A DNA stretch of 64,000 nucleotides from Vicugna vicugna (lineage: Eukaryota): the NCBI GenBank assembly GCA_013265495.1, contig MU061579.1:6136963-6200962 (forward strand), given 5' to 3'. The notes beneath the pieces were generated by a model. The model searched no databases. It was given only the letters and a program-made list of their open reading frames with translations, and was not told the DNA's origin. Position numbers and translations under genes: made by a program. Below are positions 49,301 to 62,722 of the stretch, piece after piece; positions within the stretch are counted from its first letter, which is position 1; each line of letters begins with the position of its first letter.

Positions 49301-52249
49301 CTTTTACGTTATTCGTGACACTGGATTGTCTCTCTTAATATATGATAGTAATATGGCTATGGAACAGCTAACAGATCGTACCCAGCAATGCAGTTACTAA
49401 AATACCCAGGAAAGCTTACTTTCTAACAGGTACTTGGAACCTACTCAAGGAGGTGATTGCCGTGTGAGTCACTCACCTGTCACTGACAACAGCATCTCAT
49501 CTGTTAAATTAAAACTCAGTTCTCTCACTCCTTCCACAAAAACTAAGTGACCTTCAACTATATACAACACACCGTGTTACGGGCCTTGGAATTCGATCTA
49601 GTCCCCAGAGAGCAATCAAATCTGTAAGTCAAGTTAGATGTGAACACATAAGGGAACACAGAATACTATAAATGTCATATAAATGGTGTCCAATAATATA
49701 TGAGTCAATTCAGTGGAGGTAAGTGGTTTGCTGAAGGTCATATAGCAAGTTAGTATTAAAATTAGGGGAAACAAATGTTTTAACTCTCGGCACTTTGAGG
49801 GAAAAAAAGGACGTCTGTGCTAGGTCTTGACAATGAGGAGCAATTTCAAAGGCAAAACTGGAGTCTGGGGGAAGGAAGTATAAAACAGTGTCTAAGCAGG
49901 GGAAACACAAGGACAAAAGCAGAGACAGCCAACGTCTGCTCAGGGACGAATTTATAGATGAATATATTTATCATTTTGAACTCATAGAGAAACAGTGGGA
50001 AAATACAGCTACAGAACCTGCAGGCCCTCGTAAGGAGTCTGGTCTTTATTACGGAAGCCAAGGAGAAGCATCTGAGAATTCTGAGCAAGAAAAGGACATG
50101 ATTAGGATGATGACAGACCAAACCGGAAGCTTGGGGGTCAGCACAAAGGCAACAGAGACTTCAAGTACAACAAAAATGGAACGAAAAGAACCTCTGAGGG
50201 GTTAAGACATTCAGCAGAGCAAAATAGCTGAGGTTTTGAATATGTTTGACGGCTGTTCTCAAAAAAAAAAAAATTACTCAGAAGAAAAGGTAGCTCGGAA
50301 TCATGAACTGACCAAAGAAGGTAGGAGGGCCTCTATTTTAGTTACAGAACCACCTTGGGTTTTCGGTGCCCTGGTGCGAGCATCTAGGCAGACTGGTAGC
50401 AGTATGTGAATGAAGGTCGTCTACACAAGACTCTTGACAGTGGATAAATGTTTAATGTGAAAGGAGAAGACGCGGTGCCTGCTGGAGGTATAACTGATTC
50501 TAGGAGGCTTGAAGGTGGGCCAGAAAAAAGAAAAATGGAGACACAGTTATCAAGGTAAAAACAAATAAAACAGACTGAATTCCAGGGAGGAGAATTTTTT
50601 GAGAAGGAGAGAGTAAGCAGGCCTCAAGCTTGGGAAACTGGCCAGTATCTCAGATCCTTCTAAGACAGGTCTGCTCAGAGGTCATGTCATTGTGGACGGA
50701 AATAAGTCTCCAGACTAGACTTGCTTACATTCAAAGATGGATCCAGAGTTATGTTATAGTACAAGTCTTAATTTTTAAATTATCTTCACTCTTGTTCACC
50801 TTCAGAACTACTGAAACCAGTTAGTTGTGTCTTTAACAACCACAAGTATTCACTAAAAACTCATTCAACAACATGTGATGGCAGGTATTACATGATCCCC
50901 AAATAACAGTGCTTGTTCCTCTATATCATAACGAAATATTTCTCCAACTTCCCCAGCATCGTTATGAGCTAAAAAGTGAAATATTCAGGTAAATAAGCCA
51001 AAGTCGATGCACAGCAGCTACCCTACATTTTACATCTGCATAGACAGACTGCACTGTGGTAACTCATTACTTTCAGCAACAGCAACAGACCTTCCACTTC
51101 ACTTGGTGATTGCTTGTGATCATTAAATACACACAAGATATTCCTGCCAAGGAAATGGTACACGATGTTTTTTGTTTGTTTGCTTATGTTAATCCACATA
51201 AATCACTGACTTTGAAAAGTAGGTCATAATTTAATGAACTGGGCCAAAGTGATTGTGGTTTCCAGACTACTATTAGCGTAGATATCAGTTTCCCAGGAAA
51301 TAATTTGAAACTGGCAACTGCATTAACTGTTGGACTTAGGTGTATAATGGCTGCATCTCAACAAATGGTTCCCTTATCGCCTAAAAGAATTGTCTAGCTC
51401 CTGAGGGCCTCATTTACTAATAGGAAGTAAACAGTCATGAAGAAGAACAGGACTGAACAGTGAAACAACACTCAGTTTATATTTAATTACCCAAGCCAGT
51501 GGAGATAAACAGTGATACAGACAATTCAAACACAATAAAAGAGATTACAAGTGTCATTGGTATTTGGCTGTGCCAAGTGCGCACATTGGCCACAGGGAAC
51601 ATACTTTGGTAAGTCACAATATTCCAAAGCAAATAATGACTTTCCCCTGGGCAAAGGCAAAGCCAGATACTAGGCTGGCTTCTGCCTGCTCTTCATGCCA
51701 AGGTACTTTTATTCTTCCAATAACAAATATTTATTGAGCACCTATCTTGATCTAAGCACTGTTCCTTCTGAGAATGTGCTCTGACCTAGACACGACTTTG
51801 CTCAGAGTAGAACTTTCCAGGTTGGAAAAAGAAAAAAGGGAAGAGGGGAAACAAAATCGCCACTTTCTTGTGATTATGCCAGAATGTAAATAAAAGACAG
51901 CAGCCTTACCCTCACCCTCCGCTTAGCTCTTGAGGTTTTCAGGAATGCCAACTTACAGTGCGCAAATCAAAACAAGCTGCTAAAAAGCATTGACAGGGAA
52001 GACTCACTATGCTCTGGACCACAGGATTTAACAGGCGGCATTTTCATTAGCAACCGAGGATTGACTGCATGAGGGATTACTACACGAGGGCCTTGTAAAA
52101 CATTAGTAAACGATTCTAACAAAGTTTGGATAGACTCTTACTTTTGATGTAATATAATCGAACTAAAGATCTCTCAGTGTAGTGTAACCCACGATCAATA
52201 TTAGAGAAGGCATTACTACACACCAGGGTTGTTCTTGAAATTGATAATG

Positions 52250-53040
52250 ACTCATTGATACCAATATCTACTGAGGGCCCGCTAGGTTCTAAGCCCTGTC
52301 CTGAATACCAGGAATGAAGCAGTGAACAAGACAGATCATGGCCTTCCTCTCTGGGAGTTCACACTCTTGTGAAAGGAGGAAGGCAATAAAATGTAGTTCT
52401 ATGTTACACGGTGACAAATGCAAGGGAATAAATTAAAGCACAAGATGAGGGGCACAGGAAGCACTATTCTATGTAGGGTAAAACAAATAGCCTCAGAAAG
52501 AAGGCAATGGTTAAGCAAAAGCTTAGAAGAAGAGGAAGTGATGGAGCAAGTCAGAAGGATGGCTGAAGGAAGAGCGTTCCAGGATACAGAAAGCAGCAGG
52601 TGTTGAGGCCAAGGCAGCAGCAGGTTTGGCACGTTCACGGGACAAGAGGCTGCAGTGTAGCGATGAGGGAGAGCACAGAAGGAAACAAGGACAGAGAGAC
52701 CAGGGCCAGATGATGCAGGGGCTTCTGGACATCACAAGTACTTTACTCAGTGAGATGGAAAGACTACAGGACCTCGGAAACGGACAGACGGGATCTGACT
52801 TCCTTGCTGAACGACTGCTCTGATAACTCTACTCAAAATATGACCATAGTTGATCCAGGGAGGTTATGGCAATCATCCACGTAGACGAAGCAGTGGCCTG
52901 TGCCAGAGGGAAAGTGGTGGAGATACTGAGAATTGGTCAGAATCCAGACAAATTTCCAAAGTCACACTGGTAAGATCTGTTGTTGAGCTAGATGCGAGCG
53001 AGAGAAGATTTAACGATGGCTGCACAGTTTGTGGCCTATT
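52250..53040 (-). mobile_element. L2 (L2a-like) LINE 3' portion
   Basis: atatctactgag...gcagtgaacaagacaga...ggaagagcgttccagg... reverse L2 motifs. Confidence 0.75.
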
Positions 53041-53225
53041 TTATCAAAGGAGTCACTCAAAGTACACAGCAGAGAACTTTTAACTCTCCTTGCTCTCCCT
53101 CCAGACATCAGATGTCCATGCTCTGCTTCTAGAAACAAGGAAGATTTCTAAACAGGTAAGTCTATTCACCCAAAACAACTAAGGGAAATTTATATGTTTC
53201 TTATCCCAAATCCCTAAGTGTTTTT

Positions 53226-53265
53226 CACACACACACACACACACACACGCACACACACACACACA
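53226..53265 (+). repeat. (CA)n microsatellite, ~20 units with one CG interruption
   Basis: Read directly from sequence. Confidence 0.95.
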
Positions 53266-54849
53266 AAAGCTTTGCAGTTTTTCCTTAACCACTGGAGGGC
53301 TGTACAATGTTGCGCAGAAACAGATTTGAAAGGGTGACACACCTGCCTGTCTCCCAGGGGCTGCAGCCAGCTGATGAACATGAACACGGGGCCTACAGCC
53401 GAGGGCTGGGACTGAAAATGGCCCTGGAAAGGGAATGACCACTTAGACTTCTCAAGCCTTCTTCTAACTATGAGAATTGCCCACTCAAAATATCACCTGT
53501 TTTTTGTACATATCTGCCTGTGTGACCACAGGTGCTAAGGGAACATGGGTCATTAGCTCTTATGACCCTCTGAGCAATTCCAGAGTGTCTGCTTGAGGAC
53601 AAAAGGAATCAGGCTAAATTTTCTTTTGGAAGAGGAGAATTTGAAAGATGTTATCATTTCCATATAATTAACTTTCAACTAAGAAAATAACAGTATTTCA
53701 CTAGGAAACCCAGAGGAATTGAAGCCTTAGAGAATTTGTGGGGAAAAGATGCCAGATTGCCATCCTCTCTAAGCAATGCCAGCGGGCAAAGCGGCAGTTT
53801 ATAAAGAGCGATGCTGGTTTCTGGGAGACCAAGGAGAGCTGCGTATATAGGTCATTCAAAACCTTTCACCAAAAGTGAAGAATTCATCTCTGTTGAGCTG
53901 TCAGTCTATTGTGCTTTCTGTTCTAAACTTTGATTTTGCTTCTTAATTAAACTGAAGCAAAGTTTAATTTGGCTTAAGTTCATTAAATCAAAATTTTTAT
54001 AAGCAAATGTGGTTGATTTCTCAGTTCCCACCAAATAAAAAATAATCAACCATTTGTATATATGGAAGGAGGAAAAAAATACACTGAAAACATATTTAGT
54101 ATCCTGTTAAAGACTCCATACTAAATATATAGACACATATGCTACTTACTTTCATATACATATACACACGCACACACACACATACCTCTACACTCATCTT
54201 TAAAAATGTGAGTTGTTACTATGTAAAAATGACTTTCAATGAAAATAGCATATTCAGTAATTCCTTGTGGATAAACTTCAGTTTTCACTGAAGCAGTATT
54301 TCTAAGGTTTCAAAAATTAAAGACGTAAGACTGTATTTAACAAACAATAATTCAAACCAAGGTTCATGAAATTCTTATACTCAGTTTACATCATAAAGAT
54401 GAACTACACACCACAAAAGGACTTACTGGTCAATTGTAAACATGGTAACTTTTAAACATGTGTGGGTTGATACATTTTATTTAAACAAAAAGTGTCTGTT
54501 TAATTTTTCACTGTTACAAGTAATGGCTAAACAGATTTTCACACAAGTTGGAAGCTTTATTTAGTACGTCTATATTAAAATGAAGACTATGTGGCATATG
54601 TGAAATTCACTAGGAGGAGCCAAGAGGAAAAGCTAACACCTCAAGAAACAGGCAATCACCTCAATCACCTCGGGGCAGTGGAGGCCAAAGCATTAGGAAG
54701 ACCACCCCGATAGTCAGGATTTTAGGCAATGCCATGTATTTTAAGAAATACAGGAAGAGAGAATTTGTGATTTCAGATATACTATGGGTAACTTTCTGAA
54801 TTTCAGGCAATCATTCACAATACATATTTCTATATAAAATACTCTAAGA

Positions 54850-55071
54850 CAGAGGTTGGCAAACTTTTTCTGCAAAGGGCTACACAGTAAGTATCCCAGG
54901 CTTCCCGGCCATACAGTCTGCGCTGCCAGGACTCAAGGCTGCCCTGATGCACGCAAGCAGCCCTGAGGCAAAATGTAAATGAATGAGAGAGGCTGGGGTG
55001 AACAAGACCGCATTTACAAAAACAAGCAGTGAGCCAGGTTTAGGTTACAGGCCACACTTTGCCAACCCCAA
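54850..55071 (-). mobile_element. MER58A-like hAT-Charlie MITE, near full length
   Basis: Termini cagaggttggcaaac ... tttgccaacccca form imperfect TIRs; interior resembles reverse MER58A. Confidence 0.8.
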
Positions 55072-56466
55072 TTCTAGGCTACAGCTCTCGGCATTTTTTT
55101 TTAACAGCAAGTGAAGTAAGAAACACATTTTACGTTATACCAGGGTGGTATATACACAGGTATGTTTCACACTATGTTACTTACACTTACTGTAAGCAAG
55201 GCACTTTGATATTTCTTACTATACTTCATGTTTGTTTTTTGCTTTGGAGGATTTTGTGGGGGACCATCAGAAACCACTAAATTGATCTCACTAATGGCTA
55301 GTGAGTGACTCCTAGTCTGGAAAAAAGCTGCTCCGGTGGGTACAGCAGCTGGAACGTATCCATTTACTGATTATTCCAAGCAATAATGGAAGCTTGTCAG
55401 TGATACGTAAGATTTATAAGATGCTTTCTATGTGGCATGATGCATTGGTATATGTTCTAGGAACAGAGCAGTTTAAAAAAGTTAAATATTGCCCCATAAC
55501 AGCTGATACGATCATCATTTATAAAAGGTAAATACTTACAAGTGTAAAACAGAATAACCGTAATACCTACATGTCTCGTAAAACTATTATGAAAATGAAC
55601 CATTTAGCTGATATCAAGTATTCAGTAGTTTTTTTCATATCACCATTATTTGAATAATTAACAACCAAGAAGTACTTTTAAAAATCAAGTTTAGTTATAA
55701 TCGATACTAAAATAAAAGTAGGCTTTAAAATAGGGTAAAACTCTAGTTCTTTACTAAATGAAGATAGCCTTATCTACATTACTTAGAAGTAGTGAGGTTT
55801 ATCGTTCTGATATGTTGATAGTCAATCACAGTTACAACAGACAATTTTTAACTCCCCTGCCTTCTTTCCCTGCCCACCCCCAAAATATCAGAGAAAATTT
55901 AAAGGTTTAGACTCCATCCATAAACCACATGCCATCTTTAGATCAATATTCACCATCAAGTGACCCACAGCAGATGACACAGGCGAAAAATTTCAAGAAA
56001 TATAAATGATGCTCCAAAGTCAATACTAGAATGATTACTATGCCTGTGTTTTCAGTTAAAACCTGTCATACATAAGCTTTGATAAAACCAATCTTTTCAT
56101 TGTTAGAAAAATCATTTCTCCACATTAAACTTCTTGCACCATCAAAATAACAGCTAAAGGTGAGCTCCATAAGAGCAGAGATGTTTGTCTACTTTTTTTC
56201 ACTGCTACATGCTCCCAATTTAGAGGCATCCTTGCCATGTAGTAGATTCTCACTAAATACTTATTGCATGAGAGAACACTGAACAAACAATGACTTGTCA
56301 AGTGGATTGTTTTAATGTTATGACATTCAAAAAATTACTATAAAATGTTTAAAAAATAACATATTTAAAGACTGCCTGACATTTCTAGCTTAACTGGTTT
56401 ATTAAATTTTCCGATGTGTCAAAAATTAATGTCTCTATTTTCATAGGGATAAAGAAATAATCTTAC

Positions 56467-56587
56467 CTTCTTTTTCTACTCTAAAAACAAAAGTTCTTTG
56501 TGTTGTAACAACTTCAAATTTGTTGTCGCCTTGAACTCGTACTGTAGATATAGCAGAAAGGGGAATTATTCCTTTTGAATACTTCTC
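56467..56587 (-). CDS. ARAP2: ARAP2 exon ~8 (121 nt), PH1: EKYSKGIIPLSAISTVRVQGDNKFEVVTTQRTFVFRVEKE
   Basis: CAG acceptor, GTAAGA donor, phase 0->1. Confidence 0.95.
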
Positions 56588-59500
56588 CTGCATTGGTTAG
56601 AGAAAAAGATAACAGAAGACATTAAAATAAAATCCCCTTTATCAAAAATAGAATGGCACAGTATTTACAAGTGCTTTCTCTTTCCTCATTTCAGTCTAAA
56701 GTTTATAAATCACATGCCAATAGCATATATCCTCAAATACACTTAATATGCCAGAAAGGAAAATATTAAGTGCCCCTTTTAAGTGGGATATCATTTCAAT
56801 GTTCTCTTCATCTGGCATTAAGAGGTAATGAATCACATAAGAAAAATTATACTAGACTAGCAATCCATGGTTCCAAAAAACAGCAGTGTGTTCTTTTAAA
56901 CAATCTGGTCCAAGTGATTTTATGGTGTTTGCAGGCATCTGCTGGCCATAATAGGTACTGTAACTAAACCATTTCAAAAGCACAGCTATACACTGTGAAC
57001 AAGAATATTACCTCAGAAACCAGACTGTTGGATTATATCAATTAACCACATTACCCAACGCTCTGATGATAAAGATCTTAATCTCACTGCATTACTTAAT
57101 GTTTTATACTCCAATGGTGAGAGTGAAAAAATGTGGATTCAGCTGTTTGCAATTGGCATATACATGTTAACAATTTTGCTCAAGAAAGTCATTCTGAAGA
57201 TTCTTGATAACTTTCTCAGTCTTCATTTTCCTGGACCCTCCTAAACCATTTGGCACAACAATCACCCAATAATTTCAACTATTTACCAAGAGTGTAATAT
57301 TTACTGGGCCCTGTGCTGAAAGGAAAATTCAGAGTATTTACACATTCAAGTTGCCTCAAAATGAAAAACCAATGAATCTAGGGAGAGAAAAGTTTAAAAC
57401 TGAGGACAAACCATGGGAAATAAGAGTACAAAGATGAGGATTCTCAATTCTGCTTACAAGAGGTCAGAGCTTATTTTCACAGAAATCATGACATTTGAGC
57501 CTGACTTGAAGAAACCTTAAGTTTAACCAAATAGATAAGTGAAGGAGTGGAGGGGCTCCTGGCTGGCAAGATTGAATAATGAAAGTATAAAGTAAAGAAA
57601 GAAGAGGATTTATAGTGTAGAGTCAAAAGAGCTAAGTCTGAAAACACACATCAAAGCCACATTATGGAAGTCCTTAAGTGTCAAAAAAGTTTGGATACAA
57701 CTTCATGGGGTTTCTTCCAAGACTCCCTTCCATAGCATCATCCACGGAGCCATCACTTTTAAGCAGGTCCCAAGAATCTGAAACAACTGGTTAGGAGAAG
57801 AATGTACTAAATCATCCCATGCAGAGCACAAGTGCCAAGTTCATATTCCTCCCGGCAGCAAACTCCAGCCCTACATAGCAAACAGGTACAAGTCAGTCAC
57901 TCTGAGCAACATGGCGGTCTCCTGGGAGCTTTCTCCTCTGCTAGTTGAAGAGATACACTGTACCATCATGGTACTCCCTCTTAGTTATTTGACAGTTTCT
58001 TCTCCTCCACTGCTTCTGCTCCAATCTCTCATCCCTGACTTTATGTGTCCATCAAAATCCTACCCACTCTTGAATGCCACCTTAAATAACAACCCAGTGA
58101 AGGCTTTCTTTTGTCCTCTCCAGCAGCCAAAATCATGTGAGATTCTTGGATTGTCATTCGGGGAGAAGAGGGAGCAACTTCATAGACAAAGAAGACGGAT
58201 GTCAAAGAATAAGTACTTACAAAATAACTTTTTCTTCTCCTTATTTTCCATTTTTTTGGTTTTATCTTCTCTCCCTAAGAAAATCTCTTCTTACTATTAC
58301 AACTACCAACTTTGTGTGCAGAATCCTAAAATCTGTCCCTTCCGTCCTTCTCTGTCCATTTCTGTAAACTCCACTTCTATATTTTGAATCATCAAGAGTG
58401 CATATAACTGTCCCATAAGCACCTCAAACTTTAAAACTGAATTATCTCCTGAAAACACACCTTCCCTCTCTATCCGCCCTTTAAACTCACTCTTCTAGTC
58501 AATCAGCCTCAAGCAGGAGAGACTTCTACTGGTGCTGATCTTTCTCACTCACACAACATGGGACTCTCCTCCCGTCAACAATGTCAACTTGCTCCCCGCT
58601 ACTTCCTGGTTCTTTCTAATCACATCTTCTTGAGGTTCCCTGAACATATCGTGGTTCTTCTCAACCCAGTGACTCTGCGTTCTCTGTCTGTTCTGCAAGG
58701 ACCAGTTTTTTGTACCCATCTTCACATACTTACTGGCTCTTCATCTTTCATATGTCAGCATATATTGCTCCTGAAAAAAGCCCTTCTGACTAGTCTCTTC
58801 TCTCGGGCTCCTCATCCTCACCTGGGCAGATAACCCTCATCTGAGCTAACAGCAACCTGTACTTTTCCTCTATCGAAATTACTAACTCTAATTGAAATGG
58901 TGATTTTTTATATTTACCGTGTAATCATTGGATTACAATCTTTCCCAACTGACTGTGTGACCTACATGTATTTTCTTCATCAGCTTTCACAGAATCAGTA
59001 TTGTATGCATATTTTCTGAATGAATGAATCCTACGTTCAATCAATCACAATTACACAAACTCTGACAGCTCATTTTTAGTATTTTTCTAAATTTACTTTT
59101 TAACACTTCCGCTGACCTGTGCAGCCCACACCCTAACAAATGAATGTCTGACTTATCGCACACGCTCCTGATTTACCTCTCTGCTTTCAGCTTGTTTTCC
59201 TTCTAACCTTTCCTGCACATTATCATTCAAATGTCACAGCTGGAGTTAATAAAGGCAAGATTCGTGGAGGAGGAGAACAAGATGGGTTTTGAAGTTTGCA
59301 CAGGATTTTCATGGATGGCAATGGCTAATGAGATTCAGATGGAAGAGCAAAACCAAAGAAGTGAAAACACGAGAAAAGACACACTCAAGGTTTCCACGGT
59401 GTGTACCCAGACACAGTTGGAAAAGGTCACTGCAAAGAAATACACGACATGATTGGCTTAAAAAGAAAACCCAATAAATGCAGGTGAGTTACAAGGCGAT

Positions 59501-61696
59501 GCTGAGCAATGCTCGACACAAAGGGTGCTAGGAATTTTCAGGAGGGAGAGGTCTTCTCCCCACAGTCGGGCACCCAAGGGACGGGAGGGGCACAGCGCCC
59601 TTGGGGACCACAAAAGGGCCTCTCTGGCTGTAAATGTGCAGTGGTTGACACCAGAAAGTGAAAGGTCCAGAACAGCCAAAAACATTTCTTTACACTTTAT
59701 CCCCAAAGTGATCCATTCTCAACTGTAGTTTGCCTACGAATTAGAGGAGCTTATAAAAATACATCTCTAGTGAGATAATCAACTATTTGTGGAATGAAGT
59801 GTTACCACTAACCCATTTTTCAGCAGAGAAAAATCAAACAGTGCTGTAGGGAAAGAGGGGAATTTTTTAAAATGAGATTTTCCTTCCTTTAGCTCTCTTC
59901 AAAGAGATTAAAAAAAATTCCTTAAAAAATTACAACTCACCTGAATGCCTACAATAATGATGTTCGAAAAGTAAGTACTTATGGAAGAGTAACAGAAAAA
60001 TAAATAAATACCCCAGAAGTGATCAAAATGTACTTAAAGGGGCGAGATATGTCACCTTAACCTCAGGAAGTTGCAGTTTCTCTAACGGCTCATTTATAAT
60101 CTATTATGAGATTCCAAGTCAAATATCGACATTTTTAACATCGTAGAGTTGATTTTATATTTCTCTTCTAACACACAGTAAAGACAATACAGGGAAAAGA
60201 AGTAAAAAACCTAAATGACACCAGGCTCAAAATGACTGCGTCCTTCAGAGTGTAAAATTTTCCTTACAGGAAGAAATTTTGAGCCCCTAACACACAGATA
60301 TCTAGGTCAAGTTTGTCACTTATCTACCACTGGCAGACAATGAAGCGACCACGGGGCAATGTTGCCCACAGCTGAGTGAGAATGGGGGTGAGTTAGATTT
60401 CTTGGCGGGTGACAAGATATCAAGGCTGGTGGGAGGATGCCGTTTTCAGCAATACAATGACAAGGCCTTGCTGAGACATCAATGAGTAACGCCGAAGAAA
60501 GCAGAAGAAAACGAGGGAAACAGGCAGTCCTGCAAACTACCTCCTGAGAGCCCGACCACATGTTCCTCAAGTGCACGTTTACACACGGAAAGACCTGATA
60601 CTTACTGCCCGTGACCAGGAAAACTGCACACCCAGCTGAGACGCAGCTGTGGCCACACCCATGCCTTCTGTTCCCTGGTCTTGAAATGCCACCTTCCCAG
60701 TCCACTAATCCATCCCTTTTGCCAGAAGAGTCACAACAGAAGCCATGTTTCCTTTCAGGAAATACCCATCCCAGTGTTTTTGTTCTTTTGCCAACACAAA
60801 ACCAATCACGGAATAGTAAAGGAATAAAATGCCATAGGAAATCTGATTTTTTAAAAAAAAATTTCATGTCAAGCTAAAGGATTTGTAATAATTCATTTTA
60901 AGATAAACTTTTATCTCAGTTTCCAACCAAGGCTGCATCATTTTTACTGCATTACTGTGGATAGGCCTTCATCAACTCACTACAGTTGAGATGAGCTTTT
61001 TAAAGGACAGAGTGAGTCCAGTTGGGCAGAGATACTAGAAATGTGGATAATGACACCAATAGCAATAGAGCCTGATGGCATGGAAGCCTGTCTCCCTTCT
61101 GAATAGTTCTCCTCCTCATTTCAGTCAAACCAGAGATGGGCACAGGTGCTGAAGAAAACCAGAGGTCAGATTGCATCTGATAGAGACTACCTTGTACCCA
61201 CCCTAGGCGTAGAAACTGCCTCAACATTCAAATGAGCAAGCAAACTAAAAACAGTAGCTGAAGCAGAAAACTAGCTTTTAAAAATGTTCATCCTATCATC
61301 TTGCAAATGTCAAAGGTGAGTTTTTAAACCTATTTGATGCTTTGCCGGGACCACTGCGAAGTGAAATCAAACAATTAACACTTTCGTAAGCTTCCTATTA
61401 TTCTTAGTGCTGTGGCATGTAGTGTGTAGTACTGTCTGTCTAAAAGAATATACTCTTCTTCCTTGTAGCACTAAAGAATCAATATATGAAAGGGAGTCTA
61501 AATCTCTATTCAAGCCACAATTATCACCAATATTAGGTAATGGAAACCTCTACATAATGAGAAGATAATGTTAGATTATAAACCAAATGTAAGAGAACAT
61601 GATTAAATGAGTATATTGAAAGAATGTATATGGTTAAGACTATAAAGTTATCTGATTTTAACTAACAAAAACTAGGCTAAATTTACCAGCTCCAAC

Positions 61697-61975
61697 TTTT
61701 TAATTAAGGAAATTTTCAAGCACATGGAAGTTGAAAGATGAGTACAATGAACACTCACATCCTCTACCTCAATTTGACTCACATCCTCTAACTCAACTGC
61801 TCGCATAGTCAGTTTTTGTTTTATCTAACTATGCATGTGTGCAAATATATGTACGTAAACACAATATATATATAGATAGAGAACATCTGAAAGACATTTG
61901 CAGATATAATGACATTTCACTCCTAAATATTTCAGTATACATCTCCTAAGAATAAAGACATTTTCATACCTAATG
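61697..61975 (-). mobile_element. Old L1MC/ME-type 3' end fragment
   Basis: cactcctaaatatttcagtatacatctcctaagaataaagacatt motif typical of reverse L1MC 3' UTR. Confidence 0.6.
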
Positions 61976-62652
61976 AGAAGGATGTGATCAAAACAGTATG
62001 ACATCATCAAGAACTCAGCTGCCTAAAGAATATATTATAACCCCTTGCAATCCAGATATTCCATGAGCTCTAACTCCAGACACAAGCTTCTCAGCCTCCT
62101 CTCCCACTTGTCTCCTCCATATGCTCTGCCGTCCAATCAGACGATCGGGGCCTCTCACTGTTTTCTCTCTACCAAGTGCTGTTCTTTCTAAGTTTCTCTA
62201 TGTACAAACATTCCTCTTTCTTCAAAATCCATGGCCACTGAAATCTGTGCAAGAAGTGCTCCTGGGTTTTTCCACAGCCCGTCCAGAGTACAAAATAACT
62301 TCCCCTCACTTCACCATTTCTCATTTATGGTGTCATCCTGTGAGTATGTTTTAGTGCCGTCTAGGATAAAGGCAGTTTCTCGTGTAGGTGTCTGTCCCTC
62401 ATGGCAATTTCCTGTAGTTGCTCAGAGATATTCCACAAATAATTTTTAGATATACAAATTTTTAAAAAATCCCAATTTTAATCTGTCAGGGAGAAGTTAA
62501 ACTATGGAAAGAGTTAGGTGTTTTATCCTATGCAAATTCTTTTCACACTGATAGTCCAACTCCTGTTCTTAAAGACCAAGCCACGCGCTTAGTTTACTGA
62601 TGTTCACTTAGCAAGCCCAGGGCAATCTTTGTAAAGTGTGAAATGTACTTAC

Positions 62653-62722
62653 CTTATCATTATTGTAATAAGAAATGCTAAGGCCGTCAAATTTCACCCA
62701 TCTTTTCTGAAACATGCGTTTT
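62653..62722 (-). CDS. ARAP2: ARAP2 exon ~7 (70 nt), PH1: KRMFQKRWVKFDGLSISYYNNDK
   Basis: ttttacag acceptor, GTAAGT donor, phase 2->0. Confidence 0.95.

Larger units (their letters stand above)
1690..62722 (-). other. ARAP2: ARAP2 gene, internal portion (15 coding exons, about exons 7-21); continues beyond both window edges
   Basis: Fifteen exons splice into one 2147-nt open frame (KRMFQKRWVKFDG...ELYPYWISAL) with PH-PH-ArfGAP-ANK-PH-PH-RhoGAP order; peptides recognised as ARAP2. Confidence 0.97.

Noticed and set aside
53798..53850. TATA-like motifs (TATAAA, TATATA) on the plus strand
   Set aside because: Common in AT-rich DNA; no CpG island or downstream exon structure
57911..58387. 158-aa plus-strand ORF and similar 60-140-aa ORFs
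   Set aside because: Low-complexity translations over degraded L2/L1/LTR sequence, as expected by chance
60316..60867. 183-aa minus-strand ORF
   Set aside because: No recognisable domain and not needed for the ARAP2 exon chain, which is already continuous between exons 7 and 8
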